Shown here one piece after another: positions 1-7,805 of a stretch of 64,000 bases of DNA; the stretch's first letter is position 1, and each line of letters starts with the position of its first letter. A program made the translations under genes and the position numbers. The DNA comes from Faecalibacterium sp. (GTDB lineage: Bacteria; Bacillota; Clostridia; Oscillospirales; Ruminococcaceae). Where the stretch lies: contig JBNMHZ010000015.1 in assembly GCA_050873025.1 (NCBI GenBank), positions 15 to 64,014 of the forward strand, in the 5' to 3' direction. Under the pieces are notes generated by a model. The model had not been told where the DNA came from. It saw only the letters and a program-made list of their open reading frames with translations, and made no database searches.

Positions 1-102
1 CGTGTCATCGGCAAGCAGGGCCGGATCGCAAAAGCCATTCGTGTGGTGATGCGCGCGGCTGCTGTGCGGGTCGATGAAAAGGTCCTTGTTGAGATCGACT
101 GA
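1..102 (+). CDS. KH-domain RNA-binding protein (YlqC-like), C-terminal fragment; 5' end outside window
   Basis: Frame 1 reads RVIGKQGRIAKAIRVVMRAAAVRVDEKVLVEID-stop (TGA 100-102). IGKQGR is a KH GXXG-type loop. It lies upstream of rimM-trmD, as in the conserved rpsP-ylqC-rimM-trmD cluster. Confidence 0.6.
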   Translation, partial: RVIGKQGRIAKAIRVVMRAAAVRVDEKVLVEID

Positions 103-112
103 GCACCCTACA

Positions 113-147
113 GGCCCTTTGCCCTTGCGGCAAGGGGCCTTTTTTGT
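113..147 (+). terminator. Rho-independent terminator after the KH-protein gene
   Basis: GC hairpin CCCTTG-cgg-CAAGGG with flanking pairing, followed by a T6 run. Confidence 0.55.
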
Positions 148-148
148 T

Positions 149-296
149 GGCTTCCCCCTCGGGGGAAGCTGTCACCGCAGGTGACTGATGAGGGGAAGTA
201 GTGGCTTGATTCCGTTTTTTGGAACGACTTCTGAAGATAACTACCCCTCATCCGTCATTGCTTATGCAATGCCACCTTCCCCCAAGGGGGAAGGCT
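149..296. repeat. Composite hairpin module (R4-type): CTTCCCCC-N4-GGGGAAG palindromes
   Basis: Contains cttccccctcgggggaag (151-168), gtcaccgcaggtgac (171-185) and ccttcccccaagggggaagg (276-295). Related modules occur at 15134-15152, 31496-31545 (reverse) and 35443-35458. Confidence 0.5.
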
Positions 297-312
297 ATAC
301 AGGAGCGAATTT

Positions 313-849
313 ATGCAGCAATATCTGGAAGCGGGCAAGGTCGTGACCACCCACGGCGTGCGCGGCGAAATGAAGCTGGAGCTTTGGTGCGACGGCGTGG
401 CTTTTTTGAAAAAGGTGGGCAGGCTGTACCCCTCGGCACAGGGCGGCAGAGCCTACAAGATCGTGTCCATCCGTGCGCAGGGCCAGATGGCTCTGCTGCA
501 GCTGGAAGGCGTGAACGATATGGATGCTGCCCGTGCACTGCGCGGCCAGGTGTTCTATTTTGACCGTAATGACGCCACCCTGCCTGCAGGCAGGTGGTAT
601 GTGGCCGACCTCATCGGCTGCGAGGTGCGGGACGCCGACAACGGCAAGGTGTACGGCGTGGTGACCAGCGTGGATCACCCCGGAGCACAGGACATCTACA
701 CCGTCAAGGCCCCGAACGGCAAAGAGTATATGTTCCCGGGCGTGGACGCCTTTTTGAAGGAGCGCAACCCGCCGGAGGGCTATATCCTCGTCACGCCCAT
801 CCCGGGCCTGCTGGACGACGATTTTGACAGCGAACGGGAGGAAGAGTGA
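313..849 (+). CDS. rimM: 16S rRNA processing protein RimM
   Basis: 178-aa ORF with an N-terminus (LEAGKVVTTHGVRGEMK) typical of RimM and a C-terminal PRC-barrel-like region. AGGAG lies 8 nt upstream of the ATG. Synteny with trmD supports the call. Confidence 0.9.
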   Translation: MQQYLEAGKVVTTHGVRGEMKLELWCDGVAFLKKVGRLYPSAQGGRAYKIVSIRAQGQMALLQLEGVNDMDAARALRGQVFYFDRNDATLPAGRWYVADLIGCEVRDADNGKVYGVVTSVDHPGAQDIYTVKAPNGKEYMFPGVDAFLKERNPPEGYILVTPIPGLLDDDFDSEREEE

Positions 850-852
850 GCC

Positions 853-2100
853 ATGGGAATGCGTGTGGATATCGTCACCCTGTTTCCGGAGATGTGCCAG
901 CAGGTGCTGGATGCCAGCATCCTTGGCCGTGCGGCGAAGAAGGGCTATATTGAGACCCACTGCCACCAGATCCGGGATTATACCCAGAATAAGCAGAAGC
1001 AGACCGACGATTACCCTTATGGCGGTGGCTGCGGCATGGTGCTGTATGCCCAGCCCATCGCGGACTGCCTGCGTGCCGTGCAGCAGGAAGTGGCTGCACA
1101 GGGCCGTCCGGCCCCGCATATCGTGTTCCTGACGGCGGGCGGCCAGCGCTATACCGAGGAGCACGCCAAGCGTCTGGCCCAGTACGACAACCTGACGCTG
1201 GTGTGCGGTCATTACGAGGGCATTGATGAGCGGGTCATCGATGCCTTTGCGGACGAGGAGATCTCCATTGGCGATTACATCCTCACCGGCGGTGAGCTGG
1301 CCAGCCTTGTGGTGGCAGACAGCGTGCTGCGCCTGAAGCCTGGCGTGCTGGCCGAGCAGAAGGGCTACGAGGAAGAAAGCTACTGGGACGGCCTGCTGGA
1401 ATACCCCCAGTACACCCGCCCGGAAGTGTGGGAAGGCCGCGCCGTGCCGCAGGTGCTGCTGGGCGGCGACCACCAGAAGATCGACGCCTGGCGCGGGGAA
1501 CAGAGCCGGGAGCGTACCCGCCTGCGCCGCCCGGAGCTGTACAAGCAGTGGTGCGAGAGCCACCCTGTGACCGAGCTGCCCAAGTGGAAGCGTGGCGAGA
1601 ACATGCGTCTGGTCAAGACCGACGAGCAGTTTGCTGCCGCCGCCCGCATCTTTGTGGAAGGCCGCCGCACCACCTGCGCCGAAAACTGGACGGCAGAATA
1701 CTGCCAGAGCCTGAGCGCGGAGGAATACCTGCTGCAGCTGCGGCAGGAAAAGGCCGCAGGCTGGGTATGCTATCTGCATACCACCAAGGATGTGCCGGAC
1801 GGCATCGTGAGCATCAACCACAAGGTGGGGCATATCGAGCATCTGTTCGTCACCGAGAAAGCACGCGGCAATGGCATCGGCATGAAGATGCTGGACTTTG
1901 CCCGGAAAAAACTCAGCGAACACGAGCATCCGGTGCTGAGTGTGCTGAACACCAACACCCGGGCCATTGCACTTTACACCCGCATGGGCTGGAAACTGAC
2001 CGGCGGCACCGAGCTGGAATTCACCCCGGAACAGTACCCGGCGGTGATCCGGAAATGCGCCCTGGTCTGGATGCGGTACGAGGGCGGCGCACAGGAGTAA
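853..2100 (+). CDS. trmD: tRNA (guanine37-N1)-methyltransferase TrmD fused in frame to a C-terminal GNAT N-acetyltransferase domain
   Basis: 415-aa ORF. Residues 1-245 are TrmD-like (MRVDIVTLFPEM, YPYGGGCGMVL, VCGHYEGIDERV, ISIGDYILTGGEL). Residues ~251-415 carry GNAT motif A (HLFVTEKARGNGIGMKMLDFARKKL). There is no stop codon between the two domains. Confidence 0.85.
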   Translation: MGMRVDIVTLFPEMCQQVLDASILGRAAKKGYIETHCHQIRDYTQNKQKQTDDYPYGGGCGMVLYAQPIADCLRAVQQEVAAQGRPAPHIVFLTAGGQRYTEEHAKRLAQYDNLTLVCGHYEGIDERVIDAFADEEISIGDYILTGGELASLVVADSVLRLKPGVLAEQKGYEEESYWDGLLEYPQYTRPEVWEGRAVPQVLLGGDHQKIDAWRGEQSRERTRLRRPELYKQWCESHPVTELPKWKRGENMRLVKTDEQFAAAARIFVEGRRTTCAENWTAEYCQSLSAEEYLLQLRQEKAAGWVCYLHTTKDVPDGIVSINHKVGHIEHLFVTEKARGNGIGMKMLDFARKKLSEHEHPVLSVLNTNTRAIALYTRMGWKLTGGTELEFTPEQYPAVIRKCALVWMRYEGGAQE

Positions 2101-2439
2101 CTCCGGGTGGAAACCGGGCACATCCCAGCGCAGAAAAGACACGAAAATGGGCCGTCGAAGCCGGGCACTAGGTGCCGAAAACGCACAAAAACGGGCGAGT
2201 TATAGCCCGACGGTCGAAAAAATGTTGAAAACTTTTGTATCTACCCTCTAACCTTCGGGGAATAATTTTATTATCTTTGTATAAATAATGAAAAATGGGC
2301 CCCCCTTCATTGGAGAAACCGCCAAAAATGCGCCGGAGGGCTGTACAACCGTTTCGACTTGCGCTAAAATAATCGTAACGCAACAGGCACACTATACAAA
2401 TTTTGTACCCAAAACGATATTAGATAGGAGCGCTTTACT

Positions 2440-2703
2440 ATGTACGTGAAAGAAGTTACCGTTGAAAATCAGGTTGGTCTGCACGCTCGTCCGGCTACCT
2501 TCTTCATCCAGAAGGCTAACGAGTTCAAGTCTTCCATCTGGGTCGAGAAGGAAGAGCGCCGCGTGAACGCAAAGAGCCTGCTGGGCGTTCTGTCTCTGGG
2601 CATCGTGGGCGGCACCACCATCCGCATCATCGCCGACGGCGCTGATGAGCAGGCTGCAGTGGACGGCCTCATCAAGCTGGTGGAGTCCGGTTTTGCTGAG
2701 TAA
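2440..2703 (+). CDS. ptsH: Phosphocarrier protein HPr
   Basis: 87 aa. Contains the His15 site GLHARPA and the Ser46 regulatory site NAKSLLGVLSLG. An AGGAG RBS is present. Confidence 0.92.
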   Translation: MYVKEVTVENQVGLHARPATFFIQKANEFKSSIWVEKEERRVNAKSLLGVLSLGIVGGTTIRIIADGADEQAAVDGLIKLVESGFAE

Positions 2704-2721
2704 TTTGTGCCTATAAATGGA

Positions 2722-2748
2722 GCGGCGGGGGAACCTGCCGCTTTTTTG
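2722..2748 (+). terminator. Rho-independent terminator after ptsH
   Basis: Hairpin GCGGC-gggggaacct-GCCGC followed by T6. Confidence 0.5.
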
Positions 2749-2765
2749 TTTTTCAAGGAGAATCC

Positions 2766-4613
2766 ATGACCAAAGCTGAACTGTACCACAAAGCCTGTAT
2801 GCTGCCGCTGCTGCCCGGCGTGTATATCATCCGGGACAAGACGGACACCATCATCTATATCGGCAAGGCAAAGCGGCTGCGCATCCGGGTAAGCCAGTAT
2901 TTCCGCGAGGGTGTGCCTCACGATAACAAGGTGAGCCAGATGATCGCCCACGCCTACGCCTTTGATGTGATCGTCTGCCAGAGTGAGTTTGAGGCGCTGG
3001 TGCTGGAAGCCAGCCAGATCAAGGCCCACACACCCAAGTACAACATCCTGCTCAAGGACGACAAGGGCTACAGCTATATCAAGGTGACAAAAGAACCCTG
3101 GCCGCGCCTTTCCTTTGTGCTGCAAAAAGAGGACGACGATGCCGAGTATATCGGCCCCTACACCTCCAGCTTTGCGGCCCGGCAGATGGCGGAAACGGCC
3201 ATGGATGCTTTTCTGCTGCCAAGGTGCAATAAGCGCTTCCCGCAGGAGATCGGCAAAGGACGCCCCTGCCTGAACGCCCACATCGGCAAATGCATGGCTG
3301 TGTGCAGCGGCAAGATCAGCTGCGAAAACTATAATCAGGCCGTGAAGAGCGCGGTGCACCTGATCCGCTACGGCAAGAAAGACATCCTCAAGACTCTGAA
3401 CGAGCGGATGCTGGAAGCATCTGATCGGCTGGAATTTGAGACAGCAGCCCTCATCCGTGACCAGATCGCGGCCATCACCAAGGTGAGCGCCGGGCAGAAG
3501 GTGATCGTGGACCCGGACGTGGAAATGGACGTGGTGGCGCTGGCGGGCACGCCCAGCAGCGTGTGCGCGGCGGTGCTGCGGTTCCGGGATGGCAGGCTCA
3601 CCGACAAGCGGGAGTTTTTGTTCCACGATACGTCGGACATTGCTGCCGTGCGGGAGGAATTTCTGCCCCGGTACTATCTGGACGATGAGCAGATCCCAAA
3701 GATCATTGCAGTGGACGAGCTGCCGCCGGATGCGGATGCCCTGCAGCAGGCGCTGAACGAAAAGCGTGGCAGCGAGGTGCAGCTGTATGTGCCCCAGCGG
3801 GGCGACAAGGCCCATCTGGTGGAGATGGCCCACACCAATGCGGTGGAGCGCCTTGCCCGGGAGAGCGGCCGCTACGCCCGGGAGGAAAAGCTGCTGGACG
3901 AGCTGGCGCAGGTGCTGGGCCTTGCAAAGCCGCCCCGCGCCATTGAGAGCTACGATATCTCCAACTGGGGCGATGGCTCCAGCGTGTGCGGTATGGTCAC
4001 CTTCAAGGACGGCAAGCCCTACAAGGCGGGCTACCGCAGGTTCAGGATGAAAACCGTTGCCGGCACCGACGACTACGCTTCGCTGGCCGAGACGGTGTCC
4101 CGCCGGGCGGCGGAGTATGAAAAGTATGCGGAACTGGCGAAGAACGGCGAACCCAGCAATAACTGGTTCGGCCAGAAGCCCGACCTTTTGCTGATGGACG
4201 GCGGCAGAGGACAGGTGAGTGCCGCCAGGGAAGCGCTAGCGGGCACGGCCCTTGCCGATGTGCCGCTTTACGGCATGGTGAAGGACGACCACCACCGCAC
4301 CCGGGCCATCGTGGACAGCGACGGGCGTGAAATTGCCATCAACATGAACCGGGGCACCTTTACCTTCATCACGGCCATTCAGGACGAGACCCACCGCTTT
4401 GCCAACGCCTACCGCAAGCAGCAGATGAAGCAGAAGAGCTATTCTTCCAACCTGACGGAAATTCCCGGCATCGGGCCGAAAACCGCCAAGGCATTGATGG
4501 CCCAGTTCAAGAGCGTGGGTGCCGTAAAGGAAGCCACCCCCGAACAGCTGGAAAATACCCCCGGTGTGGGTAAACAGACGGCGCAGACCATCTACGAATA
4601 TTTTCACGCATAA
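2766..4613 (+). CDS. uvrC: Excinuclease ABC subunit C (UvrC)
   Basis: 615 aa. N-terminal GIY-YIG domain (PGVYIIRDKTDTIIYIGKAKRLRIRVSQYF), a UVR domain, and a C-terminal (HhH)2 motif (LTEIPGIGPKTAKAL). Confidence 0.95.
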   Translation: MTKAELYHKACMLPLLPGVYIIRDKTDTIIYIGKAKRLRIRVSQYFREGVPHDNKVSQMIAHAYAFDVIVCQSEFEALVLEASQIKAHTPKYNILLKDDKGYSYIKVTKEPWPRLSFVLQKEDDDAEYIGPYTSSFAARQMAETAMDAFLLPRCNKRFPQEIGKGRPCLNAHIGKCMAVCSGKISCENYNQAVKSAVHLIRYGKKDILKTLNERMLEASDRLEFETAALIRDQIAAITKVSAGQKVIVDPDVEMDVVALAGTPSSVCAAVLRFRDGRLTDKREFLFHDTSDIAAVREEFLPRYYLDDEQIPKIIAVDELPPDADALQQALNEKRGSEVQLYVPQRGDKAHLVEMAHTNAVERLARESGRYAREEKLLDELAQVLGLAKPPRAIESYDISNWGDGSSVCGMVTFKDGKPYKAGYRRFRMKTVAGTDDYASLAETVSRRAAEYEKYAELAKNGEPSNNWFGQKPDLLLMDGGRGQVSAAREALAGTALADVPLYGMVKDDHHRTRAIVDSDGREIAINMNRGTFTFITAIQDETHRFANAYRKQQMKQKSYSSNLTEIPGIGPKTAKALMAQFKSVGAVKEATPEQLENTPGVGKQTAQTIYEYFHA

Positions 4614-4636
4614 AAACTGCGAGCTGTAAGGATGAC

Positions 4637-4690
4637 GATTGAAAATGCCCTCCGCTTTGCTCTGGGCAATTTCAGAGGAAAATAGATTTT
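4637..4690 (+). repeat. R1 short interspersed repeat (core CCTCCGCTTTGCTCTGG), copy a
   Basis: gacgattgaaaatgccctccgctttgctctgggcaatttcagagg. Related copies lie at 4856, 14783, 24989, 27895 and 45730. This copy is 24 nt downstream of the uvrC stop, in sense orientation. Confidence 0.75.
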
Positions 4691-4700
4691 GATATTGCAA

Positions 4701-4738
4701 GTCCCGGCAGACTGCGGTCTGCCGGGACTTGCCTTTTC
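4701..4738 (+). terminator. Rho-independent terminator for uvrC
   Basis: Perfect 12-bp hairpin GTCCCGGCAGAC-tgcg-GTCTGCCGGGAC followed by a T-rich tail. Confidence 0.7.
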
Positions 4739-4802
4739 ACGAGAGGAGCGCAGCGGAAAAATGGCAGCTGTATTTTGTTGTACATCTTCCGGTACGAGCC
4801 CT

Positions 4803-4850
4803 TTTTGTGAAAACGACCCCCATAAACGCCCGCAGGTGTTTATGGGGGTC
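4803..4850 (-). terminator. Rho-independent terminator for the amino-acid ABC operon (minus strand)
   Basis: Hairpin GACCCCCATAAAC...GTTTATGGGGGTC, with a T-rich tract on the minus strand. Confidence 0.6.
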
Positions 4851-4855
4851 AAATA

Positions 4856-4908
4856 AAGATAAAATTTCCGCTGTTTATGCCCAGAGCAAAGCGGAGGGCA
4901 TTCAGATG
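4856..4908 (-). repeat. R1 repeat, copy b (inverted relative to copy a)
   Basis: gcccagagcaaagcggagggcatt is the reverse complement of the copy-a core. It lies 3 nt downstream of the minus-strand binding-protein gene, in sense with that gene. Confidence 0.75.
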
Positions 4909-4910
4909 GT

Positions 4911-5759
4911 TCAGTTCTCTGCAGAGATATCCTGACCGAAATACTTCTCGCTCAGTTCCTTCAGGGTGCCGTCTGCACGCAGCTCGTCAATGGCGGCATT
5001 GATGGCTTCCAGCAGGGTGGTGCTGGCATCGCCCTTGCGCAGCGGGATGGCAACATGAGAAGCGTCCTCGGTCTGGGCAACCAGCTTGAAATCTGCGTCC
5101 GGATGGACGTTCAGGTAGTCGTAGAAGGAAACATCCGCGTTCAGGGTGGCGTCAATGCGGCCTGCGGTCAGCAGCTGGATAGTCTCTTCCAGCGTGTCGA
5201 TGCCCTGCACGGTGGCACCGTAGCTTTCGGCCAGCTCCATGTAGGTGGAAGCCAGACTGTTAGCGGTAGTCTTGCCCTTCAGGTCCTCAAAGCTGGTGAT
5301 ATCGTCGTTGTCCTTGCGGACGGCCAGAGCCGTGTGGATGTAGCCGTAAGGGGTGGTGAAATCGTAGGTTTTGGAGCGCTCGTCGGTCACCTCAACACCG
5401 TTGCACACCAGATCGTAGCGGCCTGCGTCCAGACCGGCAAACAGGCTGTCCCAATCGCTTTCCACGTACTCCGGCTCTACGCCCAGCTTTTCGGCAATGG
5501 CGCGGGAAACTTCCACATCGTAGCCCACCAGCGTGTCGCTCTCGTCATGGAAGCTCCAGGGCTGCCATGCGCCTTCCAGTGCAACGATCAGCTTGCCGCT
5601 GGACTGGATGTTGGACAGCTGGTCACCGGCAGAAGGAGCCACGGAGGCATCCGTGCCGGAAGCTGCGGTGGAACTGGAAGAATTGGAGCAGCCGGCCAGA
5701 GTCAGCACACCGGCTGCGGCCATAACGCTCATAAGAGAAATAAAAGTTCTGCGTTTCAT
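4911..5759 (-). CDS. Polar amino-acid ABC transporter substrate-binding lipoprotein
   Basis: 282 aa. Has a signal peptide with lipobox (LTLAGCS). The family-3 periplasmic binding protein pattern is present (KLIVALEGAWQPWSFHD, YDLVCNGVEVTDER). Confidence 0.85.
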   Translation of the reverse strand: MKRRTFISLMSVMAAAGVLTLAGCSNSSSSTAASGTDASVAPSAGDQLSNIQSSGKLIVALEGAWQPWSFHDESDTLVGYDVEVSRAIAEKLGVEPEYVESDWDSLFAGLDAGRYDLVCNGVEVTDERSKTYDFTTPYGYIHTALAVRKDNDDITSFEDLKGKTTANSLASTYMELAESYGATVQGIDTLEETIQLLTAGRIDATLNADVSFYDYLNVHPDADFKLVAQTEDASHVAIPLRKGDASTTLLEAINAAIDELRADGTLKELSEKYFGQDISAEN

Positions 5760-5808
5760 AGTTTGATCCTTTCAATAACGATAAAAATACTTTCCCTGAA
5801 GGGCGGCG

Positions 5809-5907
5809 GGTAGTTTCTCCGAAGACCGTCCGCTGGGGTGGGACCCTGTTGCCGCAGGCAATAGGGCGGGCGATGGAATGGCCCGATTCGTGTCTGAGGA
5901 GAAAGCT
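5809..5907 (-). repeat. R2 interspersed repeat (~100 nt), copy a, intercistronic within the ABC operon
   Basis: Its reverse complement matches 13347-13447 and 18160-18366 nearly base for base (core ggccattccatcgcccgccctattgcc..gcgg.aacagggtcccaccccagcggacggtc). Confidence 0.85.
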
Positions 5908-5923
5908 TCCCGCCGCTCTGCAA

Positions 5924-6736
5924 TTACTCTGTGTGCGAAATTTTTCGTAAAAACTCGCGGGTGCGCTCTTCTTTGGGGCTGGCGAAGAACTCGTGCGAGG
6001 GGGCCTGCTCCACCACCACGCCGTTCTCCATGAAAACGGTTTTGGAGGAGACATTGCGGGCAAAGCCCATCTCGTGGGTGACCACCAGCATGGTCATGCC
6101 TTCTTCGGCCAGCTGCCGCATGACCGAAAGCACCTCGCCGGTGAGCTCCGGGTCCAGAGCACTGGTGGGCTCGTCAAAATAAATGATCTCCGGGTCGGAT
6201 GCCAGGGCGCGGGCAATGGCCACACGCTGCTGCTGCCCGCCGGAAAGCTGGCGCGGGTAGTAATCCGCCCGGTCGGCAAGGCCCACTTTTTCCAGCATCT
6301 TCATTCCAACCGCGTCTGCCTGCTCTTTGGGCATCTTGCGGGCCACAATCAGGCCCTCGGTCACGTTCTGCAGGGCAGTCTTGTTGCGGAAGAGGTTGTA
6401 GTTCTGGAACACAAAGGCCGTTTTTTTGCGCAGCCGGGCAATATCGGCCCGGCCCGCTTTGGCAAGGTCGAAGGTCTCGCCGTCAAAGGTCAGCTGGCCC
6501 GCATCGGCGGTCTCAAGGAAGTTCAGACAGCGCAGCAGGGTGGTCTTGCCGGAGCCGGACGGGCCCAGAATGGCCACCACATCGCCTTTTTCCACGGTCA
6601 GGTCCACGCCCCGCAGCACCTGCAGTTCACTGGTAGCTTTGCGTGCACCCGGCCGATGGAAGATGCCGGCCTGCAGGCCGGGTTTTGCATAGGTGAAAAA
6701 GGACTTGTGGACGTTTTGAATTTCTAGCATAGACAT
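5924..6736 (-). CDS. Amino-acid ABC transporter ATP-binding protein
   Basis: 270 aa. Contains Walker A GPSGSGKTT, the signature LSGGQQQRVAIARAL, and Walker B IIYFDEPTSALD. Confidence 0.92.
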   Translation of the reverse strand: MSMLEIQNVHKSFFTYAKPGLQAGIFHRPGARKATSELQVLRGVDLTVEKGDVVAILGPSGSGKTTLLRCLNFLETADAGQLTFDGETFDLAKAGRADIARLRKKTAFVFQNYNLFRNKTALQNVTEGLIVARKMPKEQADAVGMKMLEKVGLADRADYYPRQLSGGQQQRVAIARALASDPEIIYFDEPTSALDPELTGEVLSVMRQLAEEGMTMLVVTHEMGFARNVSSKTVFMENGVVVEQAPSHEFFASPKEERTREFLRKISHTE

Positions 6737-6753
6737 ATTTCCACACTCCTTTC

Positions 6754-7437
6754 TTACTGGAAGCCGTGGGCATTCAGCCGACGCTCCAGCAAAGCCTGCA
6801 GTTTGGTAATGACCGTGCAGAACAGCAGATACACCACCGCCACCTCACAGTAGATGGGCAGGAAGATGTAGGTGCGGGCAGCTACGCGCTGACCTGCCAT
6901 GAACAGCTCAGCTACCGTGATGTTGGACGCCAGCGAGGTGTCTTTGATCATACCGATGAGCGAGTTGGAAAGGGCAGGCACTGCCGTGCGCAAGGCCTGC
7001 GGCAGCACGATGCGGCGCATGATCTGCCACCAGCTCATGCCCACGCAGTAACCGGCTTCCAGCTGGCCCTGGGGTACGCTTTCCAGTGCGCCGCGCATGG
7101 TCTCGGCGCAGTAGGCACCTTCGTTGAAGGCAAAGGCGATGACTGCCGCCGGGAATGCATCCAGCATGATGCCCACGCTGGGCAGGCCGTAAAAGATGAT
7201 GAACAGCTGCACCAGCAGCGGCGTGCCGCGGATGACCCAGATGTAGAACCGGGCTATCTGCCGCAGCACCGGCACATTGGCGTACTGCACCAAAGCCACG
7301 GCCACGGCAATGATCATGGCAAAAAAGAAGGAGACCAGCGTCAGCGGGATGGTCATGGTAAGGCCTGCCGTTAAAATGCGGGGCAGAGCTTCCACCAGTA
7401 CGCTGACGGTACGGTTTGCAAAAAATGTTTCCAACAT
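6754..7437 (-). CDS. Amino-acid ABC transporter permease (His/Glu/Gln/Arg family)
   Basis: 227 aa, multi-TM. Contains an EAA-like loop (EGAYCAETMRGALESVPQGQLEAG). Confidence 0.88.
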   Translation of the reverse strand: MLETFFANRTVSVLVEALPRILTAGLTMTIPLTLVSFFFAMIIAVAVALVQYANVPVLRQIARFYIWVIRGTPLLVQLFIIFYGLPSVGIMLDAFPAAVIAFAFNEGAYCAETMRGALESVPQGQLEAGYCVGMSWWQIMRRIVLPQALRTAVPALSNSLIGMIKDTSLASNITVAELFMAGQRVAARTYIFLPIYCEVAVVYLLFCTVITKLQALLERRLNAHGFQ

Positions 7438-7516
7438 TCCGTGATCCTCAAAAATGCTTTCAATACTCTCGAATTCAAAACCAATAAACGATGTGGGTTA
7501 TAGAGGATAAGGATAG

Positions 7517-7545
7517 TATATACCTTAAAGTGGACTCCATGTCAA
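7517..7545 (-). promoter_or_regulatory. Putative sigma-A promoter of the amino-acid ABC operon
   Basis: The minus strand reads TTGACA, 17 nt, TATATA, about 75 nt upstream of the permease start. Confidence 0.45.
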
Positions 7546-7687
7546 GAGGTTTGGAGCAAATTCCTACAAAACCTACCAAAATACTATAACATGAATCCAA
7601 AAGGAGTGCAAACGGTTTGCCCAAAACGCGTGATGTGTACAAAAACGGACGACCCACCTGGAAAACTTTGTGCAATGCGGCAACCGG

Positions 7688-7716
7688 TTGACGGCGCACC
7701 CGCTTTCGTGTACAAT
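7688..7716 (+). promoter_or_regulatory. Putative sigma-A promoter of gpsA
   Basis: TTGACG, 17 nt, TACAAT, about 90 nt upstream of the GTG start. Confidence 0.5.
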
Positions 7717-7805
7717 GAATATAACAATGCGCACCGGCTCTGGGCCGGATAGGGCGCAAATCCACCGCTGGCACTGGCCGCGGTGCAGACACGGAGGACA
7801 CGAAC

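Noticed and set aside
295-2142. A 615-aa minus-strand ORF. Similar very long antisense ORFs include 2469-3833(-), 13443-14783(-), 16333-18390(-), 21995-24154(-), 29616-31463(-), 33030-34415(-), 38250-39854(-), 45690-47399(+), 49618-51915(+), 51863-53350(+) and 54800-56707(-).
   Set aside because: These are shadow ORFs opposite well-supported genes in GC-rich DNA. Their translations are low-complexity (Ala/Gly/His/Arg/Val-rich), they lack ribosome-binding sites, and they have no recognisable motifs.
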